From: Felis catus
Lineage: Eukaryota
Direction: 5' to 3'
Length of the DNA: 64,000 bases
NCBI RefSeq assembly: GCF_018350175.1
Contig: NC_058369.1
Coordinates: 26,476,001 to 26,540,000, forward strand
The notes under the pieces were generated by a model, which did not search any database, was not told where the DNA came from, and saw only the letters and a list, made by a program, of their open reading frames with translations. Numbering within the stretch: the stretch's first letter is position 1; each line of letters starts with the position of its first letter. Of this stretch, positions 1 through 12,229 are shown piece by piece. The position numbers were made by a program, and so were the translations under genes.

Positions 1-1049
1 ATGGAGTGGTGTGAGTGAGCGACAGGGAGAGTGTTTGGTGTGAGGGTGGACGGGTGGGTTCAAGTCAGGGAAAGATCGCATCTCATTCGATTTTTAAAAA
101 GGTCATTCTCTCTGGTGTCGGGGCGGGGGGGAAACTGTCAGCAGGTTTTGGGAAATTTTTGTACGACTTTGGTTTCTTTCACTTCCAACAGGCACTCTCT
201 GCCTTTCCCTCCTGTTAAATTCCAGAGGAAAAACATCTTATTGGCTAGGCTGAGAATCTTCACCCCATAGGTCATCAGCCAGCCAATGGGCTGGCTCCCC
301 CCCCCCCCCCCCAGGCCCTACTGCAACAGCAGGGCTCTTTTAGGTTGAGTCTTGCTTAGAAGAGGGGGCCCTGCATATTATTATAGCCAGTCTTGCACCC
401 AGGTCCAACCAGTGACCAGCTCCAGGCTTTTTTTTTTTTTTTTTTTTTTTTTTAGTGAAAATCAGCATTTCATTTTTTTAGTGAAATCAGCATTTAGCTG
501 TGGGGGATGGTGTCTTCCTGAGGCTAGAGTAGTGCGGTGGTTCAGGCAGGGGATCCTGAAGGATGTGGCTGGTTCTTCAGACGGGAATGCAGGCTGGGAA
601 AACAGCTGCCTTTTCCCGTTAGTGTGCCCAGCTCCAATCTGTGGACACACGTGTGGGGGCCCTCCAGGGCTTAGAGAGCTGCTGAGATAGCCTGCCTGCC
701 TTTTAGTTTAATTAAAAGAGGTCCCCCGTGTAGAAGAGCCTCACATAGGTGCTGGAACAACAGAGGCTGCTTAACAAAGCCCAGATGCTAGGCCAAGAAA
801 ATACTGGCCGCCCTGGGGGTCAGTTGGGCCTCCGGAGCAGAGGTGGGGGTCCAATCCCACGGCTGCTCTGGCCAGGTCTCTCAGGTAGCTGGGATCCTGA
901 GAGATCAGAGACTTTCAGGGAAGTGGCCATGATGGGGCAGAGTGTTAGGTGGTCTCTGAAAAGACAGAGATGAATACCCAAAGGAAGAGGAACAGGCTAA
1001 TGGAGAAGAAAGTTAAATGGCTAGTGAATATCTTTCAGTGGTTGTCAAA

Positions 1050-1400
1050 GAAATGCAGAATGAAGCTTAGGTGTATGGACACTGAAGCCTTGTGGACCTG
1101 GATTTGGATGTTGGCTCTACCTCTTCTTAGCCTTGGACGAGTTTACCTCTCCTCTGCAGCAGGAGTCCACAAACTAAGCGTTTGGACCAAATTCAAACGC
1201 TGGAACACAGCCATGCCCACTCGATACTTACTGTCTATGTGGCTGCTTTCTGCTACAAGAGCAGAGTCCAGAAGGTGCAACAGCTGCTCTTGTTTAGCAC
1301 CCTTCTTCATGACGTTGTTGCAAAATAAATGAGGGGATACATGCATGGTGCTTGGCGAGTGCCTAGCACAGAGTTGAGGACTCAGTAAGTGCTGCTTATC
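1050..1400 (+). mobile_element. MIR interrupted by a MER58-like fragment (~1160-1265)
   Basis: MIR-like ends (ggacctggatttgga..cttagccttgg; cctagcacagag..tcagtaagtg) around ggaacacagccatgcccactc..tgtctatgtggctgctttt. Confidence 0.5.
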
Positions 1401-1647
1401 TGGGCAGCGAAATACAGCAAGGCAGGTTGTGCACTGTGCGACTCTAGGGCCTCACTCCTGTAAATTAAACTAGGAATGGAGCCCCCAGAATTGCACAGGG
1501 TGGCCATCCCATTAGTTGTTATCAACGATTACTACTAATAAATCCCAGTCCAAGTCTTGGATGGAGCTTTCTCATCCTCTTTAAAAACTGCACTGATTCA
1601 ATCAGTGGCTCTTAACCCTGGCTGCATATGGGCATCACTAGAGGAAC

Positions 1648-1860
1648 TTATATATATAGTGATGAAATTTATATCTATATCTATATCTATATAGGTATAT
1701 ATAGATATAAACTTCATCACATCTTTATATATATATAAAATAAATACATATATAAAATAAACTTTATATACAAAATAAATAAACTTAAATATATATATTT
1801 ATTTTTTTATTTATTATAATATATATAATATAAAAATATATTATATTTTTGTATTTATTA
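1648..1860. repeat. AT-rich low-complexity tract
   Basis: tatatatata/tatcta/aaataa runs next to a SINE tail. Confidence 0.85.
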
Positions 1861-2028
1861 TAAGTTTATTTATTTTGAAACAGAGAGAAGGGGGAGAGAG
1901 AATTCCAAGCAGGCTCCACGCTGTCAGCGCAGAGCCTGATGCAGGGCTCATCTCACAAACCGTGAGATCATGATCTGAGCCAAAAATCAAGAGTTGGACG
2001 CTTAACCAACTGAGCCACCCAGACAGCC
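1843..2028 (-). mobile_element. CAN-SINE
   Basis: Reverse complement of a tRNA-derived head, CT tract and A tail. Confidence 0.9.
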
Positions 2029-2061
2029 TCATCAGGGGAAGTTTTAAAGATACCAATGCCT

Positions 2062-2276
2062 GGCGGCACCTGGGTGGCTTAGTCGGGTTAAACGTCCGAC
2101 TTCGGCTCAGGTCATGATCTCACAGTTTGTGAGTTCGAGCCCCGCATCGGGCTCTGTGCTATCATTTCAGAGCCTGGAGCCAGCTTCAGATTCTGTGTCT
2201 CCTTCTCTCTCTTCCCCTTCCCCACTCATGCTCTGTCTCTCTCTGTCTCCCCAAAAATGAATAAATGTTAAAAAAA
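2062..2276 (+). mobile_element. CAN-SINE with TSD aaagataccaatgc
   Basis: ggcacctgggtggcttagtc..gttcgagccc..(ct)n..aataaa, A tail, and flanking direct repeat. Confidence 0.95.
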
Positions 2277-3149
2277 AAGATACCAATGCGTGAGTTGCAC
2301 CCCAGGGATTCCAATTTAATTGGCCTGGGAGGCAGCTTGGCCTTTGGTATTATAAAAAGCTCCCCAAGTGATTCCAGTAGTCAACCATCTTTGTAAACTG
2401 TGGAGTTAAAAAAAAAAAAAAATCAATGTTCGCTTTGGCGTGAATGATTTCAGCTGACTGACTGACCTGGTTATCAAGGGTAGGTCTGGTTAAGGTCATA
2501 GTTCTTAGCAGCTGTGTGACCTTGGATGGGTCTTTAAACTCGAGGACCCTCCTCCTCTGTAAAATCATGATGCTGTGAAGACTGGCTGAGCTGGGCAGGG
2601 GCAGATGCACCCAGTAGGTGACAGTTAAATTGAGTGTCTTGCATGACCACAAGATGGGCCAGTAATTCTTGCTTACTCCTCAGACTATGGGACTGACTTC
2701 ATCCCTGGGGGCAGGGTGGAGCGGGTAGTAATAGGTCAGGGGAGAGATGGGGAGCTTCTCCCTGGTTCTTCCCTGGTTCTTCTGATAACCCAAGAGGTCC
2801 CACAGCTTTCCCCCAGGGGCTCTGTGGACACCAGCCCCACACCAGGCAAGGCTCAGCTGGCATCACTCACTACTCCCAGGGTGAGCTCAGCAACCGCTGG
2901 GGCGTGCCTGGCTAATGTTAGCGTGGTGGCTTTGAAATCAAGCAATGGTGCCCACCCTGACCACGGAAGAGCAATGAGGAGAGACTGAAGGGAAGTGACA
3001 GCGATGGAGACTCAGTTCCTAGGTCATCCTGAGACCTGCAGCACACTAAACTGTTGAAGGCTTTAATGTCCTCTTCTTCTGCCTCTCTGCCCTTGTGGCT
3101 CTGGTTCTGTCTCTGATGGCATCAGTTATAACAAATGACATGTGAGCCA

Positions 3150-3380
3150 CTAAAGCAGCGCGGTTAAGGCAATGTTTTGGTGGAGACAGACTGGGTTTGA
3201 ATCACGGAGGCTCCCCTTACTTGCTGTGTGACCTTGGGAAAATACCTTAACCTCTCTGAGCCTCTGTTCAGTGGGGGAGAATGGCAATACCTACTCGTGG
3301 GGCTGTTTGGAGGGTGAAGTGATGTCATGTGCATGATGTGGTTGGCCCACGTCTGGCAGAGGGATGCTCACAGAAGGCAA
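3150..3380 (+). mobile_element. MIR
   Basis: ctgggtttgaatc..gctgtgtgaccttgggaaaataccttaacctctctgagcctc. Confidence 0.75.
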
Positions 3381-4539
3381 ACTATGGCTCTCCTTTCCTG
3401 AGGGGAGCTGTGATCAGCAAACATTTGGTGAGGGCTCATTCACCTGCATCTGGACCTCATCATTGCCCCGGGAGGCAGTCAGCGGTACTGTGCTATTGTT
3501 CCCATTTTGTAGATAGGAAAACTGAGGCTGAAAGAGGCCAAGCTACTTGTCTCAAGATACACAGAATAAATGGCAAAGATGGGACCTTTAGACTCCAAAT
3601 TCAGTGCTTTTTCTCCCATGCTCTTGTGTTGTCATCCAGGTACAAAGTGTCTTTCAGTTAACAAAGCAGGTTTACATCCCTTTTCCCTTTCTGGATACTC
3701 AAGAAACCCAATGAAGAGGCAGTGTGAGCCCACTTTATAGATGAGAAAATGGAGGCCTGCTAACTGGAGAACTCGTAGCCCAACTGAAATACAAACTTAC
3801 TGGGGGAGCCCCAGCCCGGTCCCGGCAGCTTTGAGCTGGAGCCAGAATGCACAGGTCTGTCTGCCCAGGGGCTGGTCTTTGTTTAGGAGGGGACTAGGGG
3901 TGTTGCTCAGTCTTCACTCTTCCACCCGCCCTCCCCGCACTCTGGTTCCTCATTACCATTCAGAACACACCTGGGGCCTTCTTGGTTCAACATTTCAAGA
4001 GGTGGAAGGACAGAGGAGAACTTTTTAAATAACCACTGGCAAAGGAGAAAGAGGCATTCAGTGAGAATGATAAGCCTGGCCACTAGATTTCCCAGCCCTT
4101 CTTGCTCTTTTCCCTCCCGAGAGGGAAAGTGCCCATTTGTGTTTCACCAGTCAGTGACCAAAGAACAGTGTTTATGGGAGCCACCTCCAGATCCACCAGA
4201 AGCCTGTGGCCGATGCCTAGAATCAGAGCTACTTGTCCATTCGGATGCAATCTCCCCACCCCACGGGAAAATGGCTCAAAAGTCCTAAACATTTTGCCTT
4301 GGGTCCACTATGACCTCCTAGTTTGCGAGCAGAAGATCTGGGTGGGCATTCAGGGTTTTGAGTCAATTCCATAGCGGAGTCTAGAGCTGGCCATGGAAGG
4401 TCCTTAGCAAGGTTGGTGCAGTGTGTTATGCAAGGAAAAAGTGTCAGCAGACCAGATATTCCTGCTAGCCCATCAGTGCATGACACCAGCCATTCCACTT
4501 GGAATACGCCTCCAGGGGGACGATCCGGCAGGTACTTAC

Positions 4540-4630
4540 CATCAGCGGAGCTAAGAGCCACTCAGGATCCAAGCCACTGAAGACACAGGTACCCCGTGCT
4601 GCCTCACAGCAGCGGTGTGTGTGTGGGGGT
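4540..4630 (-). other. FAM107A: Probable proximal alternative first exon of FAM107A (start approximate)
   Basis: Consensus donor CTGATG|gtaagt at 4540/4539 in repeat-free, locally CpG-containing sequence. Position fits a FAM107A proximal promoter. Confidence 0.55.
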
Positions 4631-5413
4631 GGGGGGGACCAGCCAGGTTTGGCAGCATTTCCAAAAACTGATGCACTGTAGCCCCTGATTTCCAGCAATC
4701 TCAGACTTGCCTCTTTTGCAAAGTGCTAAAGCCAAGTTCCCCGGAAAGGCAGGCAGTTCACATGTTAACGTGCACCATGTGTCACATATCCTGCTAAGCC
4801 CCTCACAGCCATATCTCATAACATTCTCACCGCAGACTGAGGAGGCGGGTACTATTGTTACCCCTTTTCATAGATGAAGAAATTGAGGCTGGGAGGGGCC
4901 ATCTAATTTCCCCAAATCACACAGCCAGTAAACGAAGGAGCTAGAATCTAAGCCTAGAGCCGACTGATGCCAAGACGTGTCTTCTCTCACTTGTGCCCTG
5001 CAGCACTCTGGCCTTTTGTCTTTCAGTAATGAGGAGGATTAAAACCGCTCTACTATGTGGTAGTGGACTTGGGTGGGGGACACAGGCCGGGACCCAAGCT
5101 CAGACAGCTCAGCTCCCCTGACAGGCTGCTCCACAGCCCTCCTTCCCTTGCACCTCCTCCCACACTGCACCCAGCTCGACAGCCCGTGAAACAGAAGAGA
5201 GATGGTCTTACTTCTCAGTTGCGTCTTCAGGAAGGGACCTCGGGAGCAGTGTGGCTGGGTCCCTTGCTCCACTGGGAAGTCCCAGGCTAGCACGGAGGGC
5301 CGCCTCTGAAGGGCGGTTCTTAAACCCCTGGGGATCGCAGGCGGCTGCAACGTGCCAACGAGCGAGTGAGGCAGCTTTGCATTCCTGTTTATTCTGGTAT
5401 CAATAAAAAGGAA

Positions 5414-5431
5414 CTGTTACTATAGTAACAG
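5414..5431. promoter_or_regulatory. Perfect 18-bp palindrome, RFX X-box-like
   Basis: CTGTTACTATAGTAACAG. The core GTTACTATAGTAAC fits the RFX GTTNCYATRGNAAC pattern. Confidence 0.6.
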
Positions 5432-6489
5432 ATATTTCACTTGGTGCGTGGCCACTTCCACAATGCGGAACACCGTGGCCAAGCCACACGCTCCAGAGGC
5501 ACAAATAAATACCTATTTTGTCAGACTGCTGAGGAGTAAGGGACATGCCAAGCTTTGTCTGAGCTAGGCAGCTCTCAGAGAGGCATTTCCCTTGTTCCTA
5601 ATGGGAGGGTCAGCAAGAATGCATTCCAGCACTTGGCCCCGGGAGGGAGGGAGGGAGGGCCAAGCTTCTTGCTGCAGTGGCCAGAGAGCACGGGCTCTGA
5701 GGTGTGAAGGGAGGGGGAGACTACACTGGGTCAGCTCGGGGTCTTTCACTGATGGGTCAGAATCTCCAGACGCGTCCTGTACTCCTTACTCTGAGCTCCA
5801 TCTGAGCCTCAGAGAGGAGCAACAGGGCCACCGTGCACAGTGGCGAGTGTGTGGATAACGGACGTTGATGGGCTCTGGGCCCGAGCAGCCCCTTCTGTCA
5901 GCCCCGCTGGGCTCAGGCACCAGCCCTGTCGGCAGCCACTCAGCGGACCTCATTCATTTCTGTGTTTGTCAGATGTGGAGAATAGCCTGGTGGTTGGGAG
6001 ATAAGGTAGTGAAATAACATTAGTGAAACCATGTAGTCAGTGCTCAGGAGACAGGACTTTTCCTGCAGAGATGGCTGGGCCCTATGTGACCCGAGGCCAG
6101 GGCCCCAGCATGTGGCATCATGCCTGGCCGAAGCTGTGCTCCGTAGATCTTGGCTCAGTGTGTGAACGTGGGAATGTTCTGCCCACCTAGAACACATGGA
6201 AATGCTGAAGGCTGCCCCGGGTACATACAGATAATGGAAACATTCTCCTGATTTCAGAACTGGTGTTCACTTGAACATTTGGAAGTGTTTTCTAGTTTTG
6301 TCATCATCCTTAGTCCCCTAGTGAGGAAGCTGGCATGTGCCAGTTAAACTTGGCTCTCTTCCCACATTTACCTCCTCGGGAAGGGTCTTGGTTGGCTGGA
6401 AGGCCATAAGGCCCAGGACATACATCAACCACGGACAGGAACATTCAGAAGACAACCTGTGTCTTTTTTGGCCTATGTTAGTAATTTAA

Positions 6490-7000
6490 CCGACATTTAT
6501 TGAGTGCCTACTGTGTTCCTGGCAGTGTTCCAAGTGCTGGAGCTACGGTGTGAATGATATCCTAGGGCTTAGGTAACCTGCATTTACGGGTGTGGGGAGC
6601 CAGACAAAAAATAAGGAGACAAACAAGAAACTTTGACCTGTAATGAATGTCAGGCTGAAAGTAAGACTGGGTGAAGTGAAAGGGAGGGGCTGAGCTGGGG
6701 AAGGGTGGACACTGAGGAGATGACCTTTTAGGGAGGCTGGGTGATGAGAAGGAGTCAGCAACATGATGTCTGTTCCCATACAAGAGCATTCCAGGGAGTG
6801 GGAAGAGCCAGTGGAAAGGCCCCAGGGTGGGAATGAACCCGATACAGTGGAGGAAGGCCGTTGGGGATGGAGTGTTGGCATGAGGGGGGACATGGGGCTG
6901 GACAGGGAGGCAGGGGGTGGGCCGTGCCTGGCCTGGGAGCCTTGAGCAAGCTGGCCATCCTGGAGCCTCTTCAACTTGGAGGGTCACCAATTCTTGGGTG
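6490..7000 (-). mobile_element. L2 3' fragment
   Basis: catttattgagtgcctactgtgttcctggcagtgtt..cattccaggga..ggaaaggccccagggtggga. Confidence 0.65.
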
Positions 7001-8046
7001 TAAAACAATTTTCTAGAAACAACATGTGTTCCTTTTCCTTCTTCCTAAATTCTGCTTCTCTTGAAGTACTTTGAATGGTAGCCTCCCCCAGCTTCCCATC
7101 CTGCCTCGGCTTAATTTCACTAAATTCTGATGGGTGAAAGACTACCACTAAATTCTTGCCAAACCACTCTTGGCTGCCACATGGTGTTCTGCTGTGCAAA
7201 AGACTCTTCTGGGCATTTCCCAGGGCCCACAGTGGATTATTTGAACCAATCTCAGTGCCCTCTGACAGTGGGGAAATAGGAGGGATCCTGAGGAGCTGAC
7301 AGCTTCTGCTTACCCCTTGGAGAAGACAGAACCCCCTCATCCAGCTTACTCCAGAGGAGCAGACTCTGAGAGTCCCCGTGCCAGTAATGACCTTCATCTC
7401 CACTTTCTTTTCCCTTTATTGGAAGACTCTGTTGGCAGCCCCAGAGCAATGGAAAGCCAAGGAGAGCTGGGCAGGCATTGGCCGAGGTTGGGAACCATTT
7501 TCCCCAGGCCATTTCCTGCCATTCTTATACATCTTCCAGTAAAGCTCTTGTCACAATCCAGCCTGTGTAAAAACCCACCAGACTCACCCACCAGACTGCC
7601 AGGCTGATGGCTGAGGCCTCACCTTATCCTTCTTAGTATTCCTGTCTTAGTACCAAGGTGCTCAATAACTATTGTTGACTTATAGATACCAAAGACATTG
7701 ATACTTCTGAGCTTGTTGTAGTACCATCTTGATGTGTGTGTGCGTGTGTGTGTGTGTGTTACTGTTTATGAGATCAACAGCTACCATTTCCCAAGCCACA
7801 CCCATCAGTAAGAAATGATGCTATACTGCATAACAGGATGCAGTCAATAGCATGTCTATTTATTGACTTAAAAAGATGTCTGGTACATGTTTGGTGAAAA
7901 ATCAAACTTCAAAATCACATATAGAATGATTCTTCCCCTCCCCCCCACCTTTTTTTTTCAAGATAAAAAAGTTAGTATAGTACCTTTTAGTAGAGGACCA
8001 ATCTGGAGGCATATATCCTGAACTGTTAAAAGTGGTCAGTTCTAGA

Positions 8047-8230
8047 TCAATGTATCTCAAATGTCATTACTAGTCATTATTTGTCAAATGCGTGTTAAAA
8101 TGGAATCAAAATGGGCCACGCTCCTGGACTGATGTATTAGAACCTATGAGGGAGGGGTCCACTAAAATCTGGATTTTTAACATGTCCCCCTGGGGATTTG
8201 TTTATAGCTGGGAGTTTGAGAACCACTATC
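8047..8230. mobile_element. MER5-like DNA transposon fragment
   Basis: gatttttaacatgtccccctggggattt..agtttgagaaccact terminus. Confidence 0.55.
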
Positions 8231-8311
8231 CTACAGCATAATATTACAGGCCTTTCTCCTTTAGTCACAATATTTCTGTAATGTTTGTGGCTTAAAAACA
8301 AAACTAAACTT

Positions 8312-8505
8312 GGGGTGCCTGAGCGGCTCAGTCGGTTAAGCGCCTGCCTCTTGGCTGTGGCTCAGGTCATGGTATCACGGTTTGACAGCCGCACTGACAG
8401 CATGGAGCCTACTTGAGATTCTCTCTCTCTCCCTCTCTCTCTGCCCCTCCCCCTCTTGCTCTCTATCTCTCTCTCAAAATAAATAAAAATGAACTTAAAA
8501 ATAAA
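8312..8505 (+). mobile_element. CAN-SINE (internal deletion)
   Basis: ggggtgcctgagcggctcagtcggttaagcg head, CT tract, A tail. Confidence 0.9.
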
Positions 8506-9627
8506 AACAAAAACAAAGCAGGCATTGCATTTGCTATCAGAAAACAATAAAGATTAAAAATTTGAGAAAGAGCAACCTTTGCCAGCCAACTACAGTTATG
8601 GTTCCCATCTGGTTCAGTCATGTCCATTGTGCATATTGGAAAACAGAGGCCTTCTGGGCAAATGAGCCTTTTAGGAGTTTACTCCAGGTAATGGCCAAAT
8701 TCAGCCCCACTTGTGGCCTCCTGCCTTGGTTGGTGGAGCTTTCCCTGGGGACCTTCCCATTCTCCCAAAAGGATGGACTCTGGAACGCCAGGGGCCTGGA
8801 GGTCAGAGTTCTTGCTTGGCCCCACTAGAGCTGAAGGGGGATCCCAGAGGTTGAACACACCCCTCCCATACTCCCTTCTTGTCCCTTTGAAGTTTGTCTT
8901 CTTGGGATCTTAGAGGAGCCAAAAGGAAGGGAGATGGTGAAGACCTGGAGAGGCAGTCAGGAGTGGGAGCTGGGGAATGTTCCTGCATCCATAGTGGGCT
9001 GCGGCTGCAGCTTGCATTAAAAAAAAGAAGAAGAAGAAGAAGCCGCCTCCAAAAACATCTTTCATTTCATTTTTTCTCCCCTTTCTCCAAGCTCACAGGC
9101 GCCTGGAGCAGCTTATCTGGGTGCACAAACATCAGACAAGAAGTTCCCATGGCAACTCAAAACTTCCTCCTCGGCCCTGTATTCAGTCTAAATCTCCAGG
9201 GTCCCTTTTCAAGGCCTCAATGAGGTTTCTGAGAAGCCACCCACAAAACAACCTTAGGATCCAACCTCTTCCCCACCCCAACACTCAGCTGAAAGGACAC
9301 AGAGTGGGGGGAGAGACTGTATTGGCAGAAAAACTTGTCATGGGATCCACGGAGAGATTATAAAAGGAATGAGAGTTGCCTTTACAACAAGTTTAAACCA
9401 GGAAGAATTTACCCGGTGGAGGGATTTCAAGTGTGCAAACAGGAAAGCACCAGGGAGTGGGGAAAAACTAAGTTTTGTTTCAAAAAGCTGGCTCTGCACT
9501 CAGCTGCGGTTAGGCATGGCGAATCTGGTCTCTTAGCTGCAGAGGGGTCCTGGGGTGCCCCCCATCTCCATTTTCACTCACTTGTAGCCAGATAAAAGAA
9601 GGACAGCATATCTAGGGATGGGGAGAG

Positions 9628-9629
<2 letters not shown>

Positions 9630-9670
<41 letters not shown>
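9630..9670. repeat. (TG)n microsatellite
   Basis: Seen directly. Confidence 0.95.
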
Positions 9671-9671
<1 letters not shown>

Positions 9672-9735
9672 AGAGAGAGGTCCCTGGGCAGACGATAGCT
9701 TGTCAAGCCAAGCAAACTTCTATGACTGCTGGTTT

Positions 9736-9926
9736 GGGGTTCCCAGATGTAGCAAATAAAAATGCAGTATGCTCAGTGAGATTTGAATTTCAGATAAGCA
9801 ACGAATAAGGTTTTAGTATAAGCATATCCATACAATCGTTGGATTATATTTACACTAAAATATTATTCATTGTGTATGTGAGGTTTAAATGTAACTGGGA
9901 ATCCTGTATTTTAGTTTGCAACCCTG
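9736..9926. mobile_element. MER53 palindromic MITE
   Basis: ggggttcccagatgtagcaaataaaaat..gaatttcagataa...tcctgtatttta..tgcaaccctg. Inverted termini and internal palindromy. Confidence 0.8.
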
Positions 9927-10418
9927 CCTGGCAGGCAGGAACGGAGGCTATGGCTGCCCTCTCTGGCTGCAGGGAAGAAGCACAGTGGCTGATGTCCACA
10001 GGCACCTGGAGTAGTGTCCCTCTGTCCCTGCTGCAGAGAGATGCCTCCCTCCCTGCTAGGAACCTGGCCTGAGCTCCAGGTAGGATGTAGGTAGTGAACC
10101 TCAAGTGGGCCTTTACTACAGCACTGCGCAGCTTACCAGGTATGGCCAAGCGTGAGTTATTCCCCAAAGGTGACTCTTCCAGCTCAGTGGTTAAGAGCAT
10201 GGGCTGTGGTGTCGATACAGACACTGTTCCTCGCTCTACTGTTGGACAGCTAGGTGATCTTCTGCTTCTTGTCTCCTCATCTCTGATATGGGGCAGACAG
10301 TCTTGTGAGGAATAAAGGAGCTACAGCATGGGAGGCCCTTCACACTGACTGTCACAGAGTCTGGGCTCCAAAGTGGTAGCTGTTACTTTGATAATCCATT
10401 TAGAAGCAAAAAGATTTT

Positions 10419-10612
10419 GGGTGCCTGGGTGGCTCAGTCGGTTAAGTGTCGACTCTTGATTTTGGCTCAGGTCCTGATCTCATGGTTCAGTTCATGAGAT
10501 GGAGTCCCACGATGGGTTTGCGTGGACGGCACGGAGCCTCCTTGGGATTCTCTCTCTCTCCCTCTCTCTCTGCTCCTCCCCCCCCCCCCAAAATAAATAA
10601 ACATTAAAAAAT
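10419..10612 (+). mobile_element. CAN-SINE
   Basis: Canonical head, CT tract and tail. Flanks aaaagatttt / aaaaggatttt. Confidence 0.9.
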
Positions 10613-10670
10613 AAAAACAAAAGGATTTTAATCCATGTGAAAAAAGTGGGATTGAAGACTAGAGTTGGCA

Positions 10671-10889
10671 GGGGTGCCTGGGTGGCTCAGTTGGTTAAGC
10701 GACCAATTTCAGTCACGATCTCATGGTTTGTGAGTTCGAGCCCCGCATCGGGTTCTGTGCTGACAGCTCAGAGCCTGGAGCCTGCTTTGGATTCTGTGTC
10801 TCCCTCTTTCTCCGCCCCTCCCCCACTCACACTCTGTCTCTGTCTCTCTCTCTAAAAATAAATAACCATCAAAAAATAAGGAAAAAAAA
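10671..10889 (+). mobile_element. CAN-SINE with TSD aagactagagttgg
   Basis: Canonical structure and a direct repeat on both sides. Confidence 0.95.
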
Positions 10890-11339
10890 GACTAGAGTTG
10901 GTACAACCTCAGTGATGTAAAACAATGTAAGACAGGCACAAACTATGCATAGCAAAGATAGGAAGGAGACATCTCCAAATGTTATCAGTAGCTGCTTATG
11001 GTTAGTGGGATTGTGGATAAAACTTCCCCTTTGTTATTCTCAATTTCTCAAAATGTTAATGGTGAACATGTATTACTTTACCGTTAAAAATTATTTTAAA
11101 TAATTTGTGATGAAAAATTTTCTAAAAGTGTTATATTACTTGGTGAATAGGACTTGAGGCTACTGTAAACGAAGATGGCTACCATCTTGGGTTTGACTCT
11201 ATGATCCCATCCTTGGGGACGTCTAAAGGAGGGGAGCTCTTCTTGCCTATCACTAAATGCCCCAGTTAGATCCTCACCCCAACTCTTCCTACTTTTCCTT
11301 GTACGAGACAACCAGAGTAGTGCTTCTACAGGCACATGG

Positions 11340-11550
11340 CCCTGGGGTTGAATCTCAGCTCCACCCCTGATTGGCTGTGTGACTTCAGACAAGTCATGAT
11401 ATCTTCTGAGCCTAAGTTTCCTCACGTTTAAAACAGGAGTTAATAATATTTACCTCCCTGAGAGGAGGGACATATCTGTTGCATTTATGAGTACATCCCT
11501 GTGCCTTGCATAGGGCTAGTGCATAATAGTGGTCAGTAAATATTGGTTGG
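11340..11550 (+). mobile_element. MIR
   Basis: ctggggttgaatctcagctccacc..ggctgtgtgacttcagacaagtca..ctgagcctaagtttcctca. Confidence 0.75.
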
Positions 11551-12229
11551 AGGAATAAATGAATCAAGTTGACGAGATGACAGATATACAGCATTTGGCA
11601 AAGAGAGTGGCAATAACAAGTGGCCAACATCATTTGCTATCATTATTACTAGTCTCAGGAGGTGTGCAAACTGTGGCATAGATGGGACTAGGTTCGCATG
11701 TGTTTTCTACCCCATAGTGGGACAGAAAAGTTCTCTTAGAACCGTGGGCAAGCTGCTTAACCCCTTTGAGGCTCAGTCTCCTCATCTGTTAAATGGGGAT
11801 GACAATCAGCAGTGACCTTATAGGGTTTATTAAGACGGAGTGAGCCAGCAGTGTTTAGCACAAAATAAATGCTCCCTCCATGAGGCCCCAGTCCAAGGCC
11901 TTGCTCCCTCCCTGGCTTGTAGCTGTGTGTGGCTTGGGCAAGCATGTGGCCCCTGAAATGACTCTGATATGCCTGCTATTCTGAATAGGTTGCAGGTGAA
12001 AGATGCTGCTTTTGGAATGAGGCTAATGGCTGCGGCTCCAGGTTAGAGGGAATTCAGGGTCTTCAGATTAGACAGCCCCTCCTCATCTTTTCGAGAAGAC
12101 AGGAACTGGCTGGGAACACTTAGGAGGAGTGCCCTGATTTGCAATCAGATTCATCTCATTACAGAGCTCCTCCCTTTCCGCCTGCCCCAGCTCAGCCAGA
12201 TTTAAGACGCTCCCCCCAGGAAGGCGCCG

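Larger units (their letters stand above)
1603..2380. mobile_element. MER5-type hAT-Charlie element interrupted by an AT-rich tract and two SINEs
   Basis: cagtggctcttaaccctggctgcat...gattccaatttaattggcctggga...aaagctccccaagtgattc. Confidence 0.6.

Noticed and set aside
10637..10920. Recurrent ORFs such as GAWVAQLVKR..SPASGSVLTAQSLEP (also near 20572, 23928, 28821, 51027, 52104)
   Set aside because: Translations of CAN-SINE copies.
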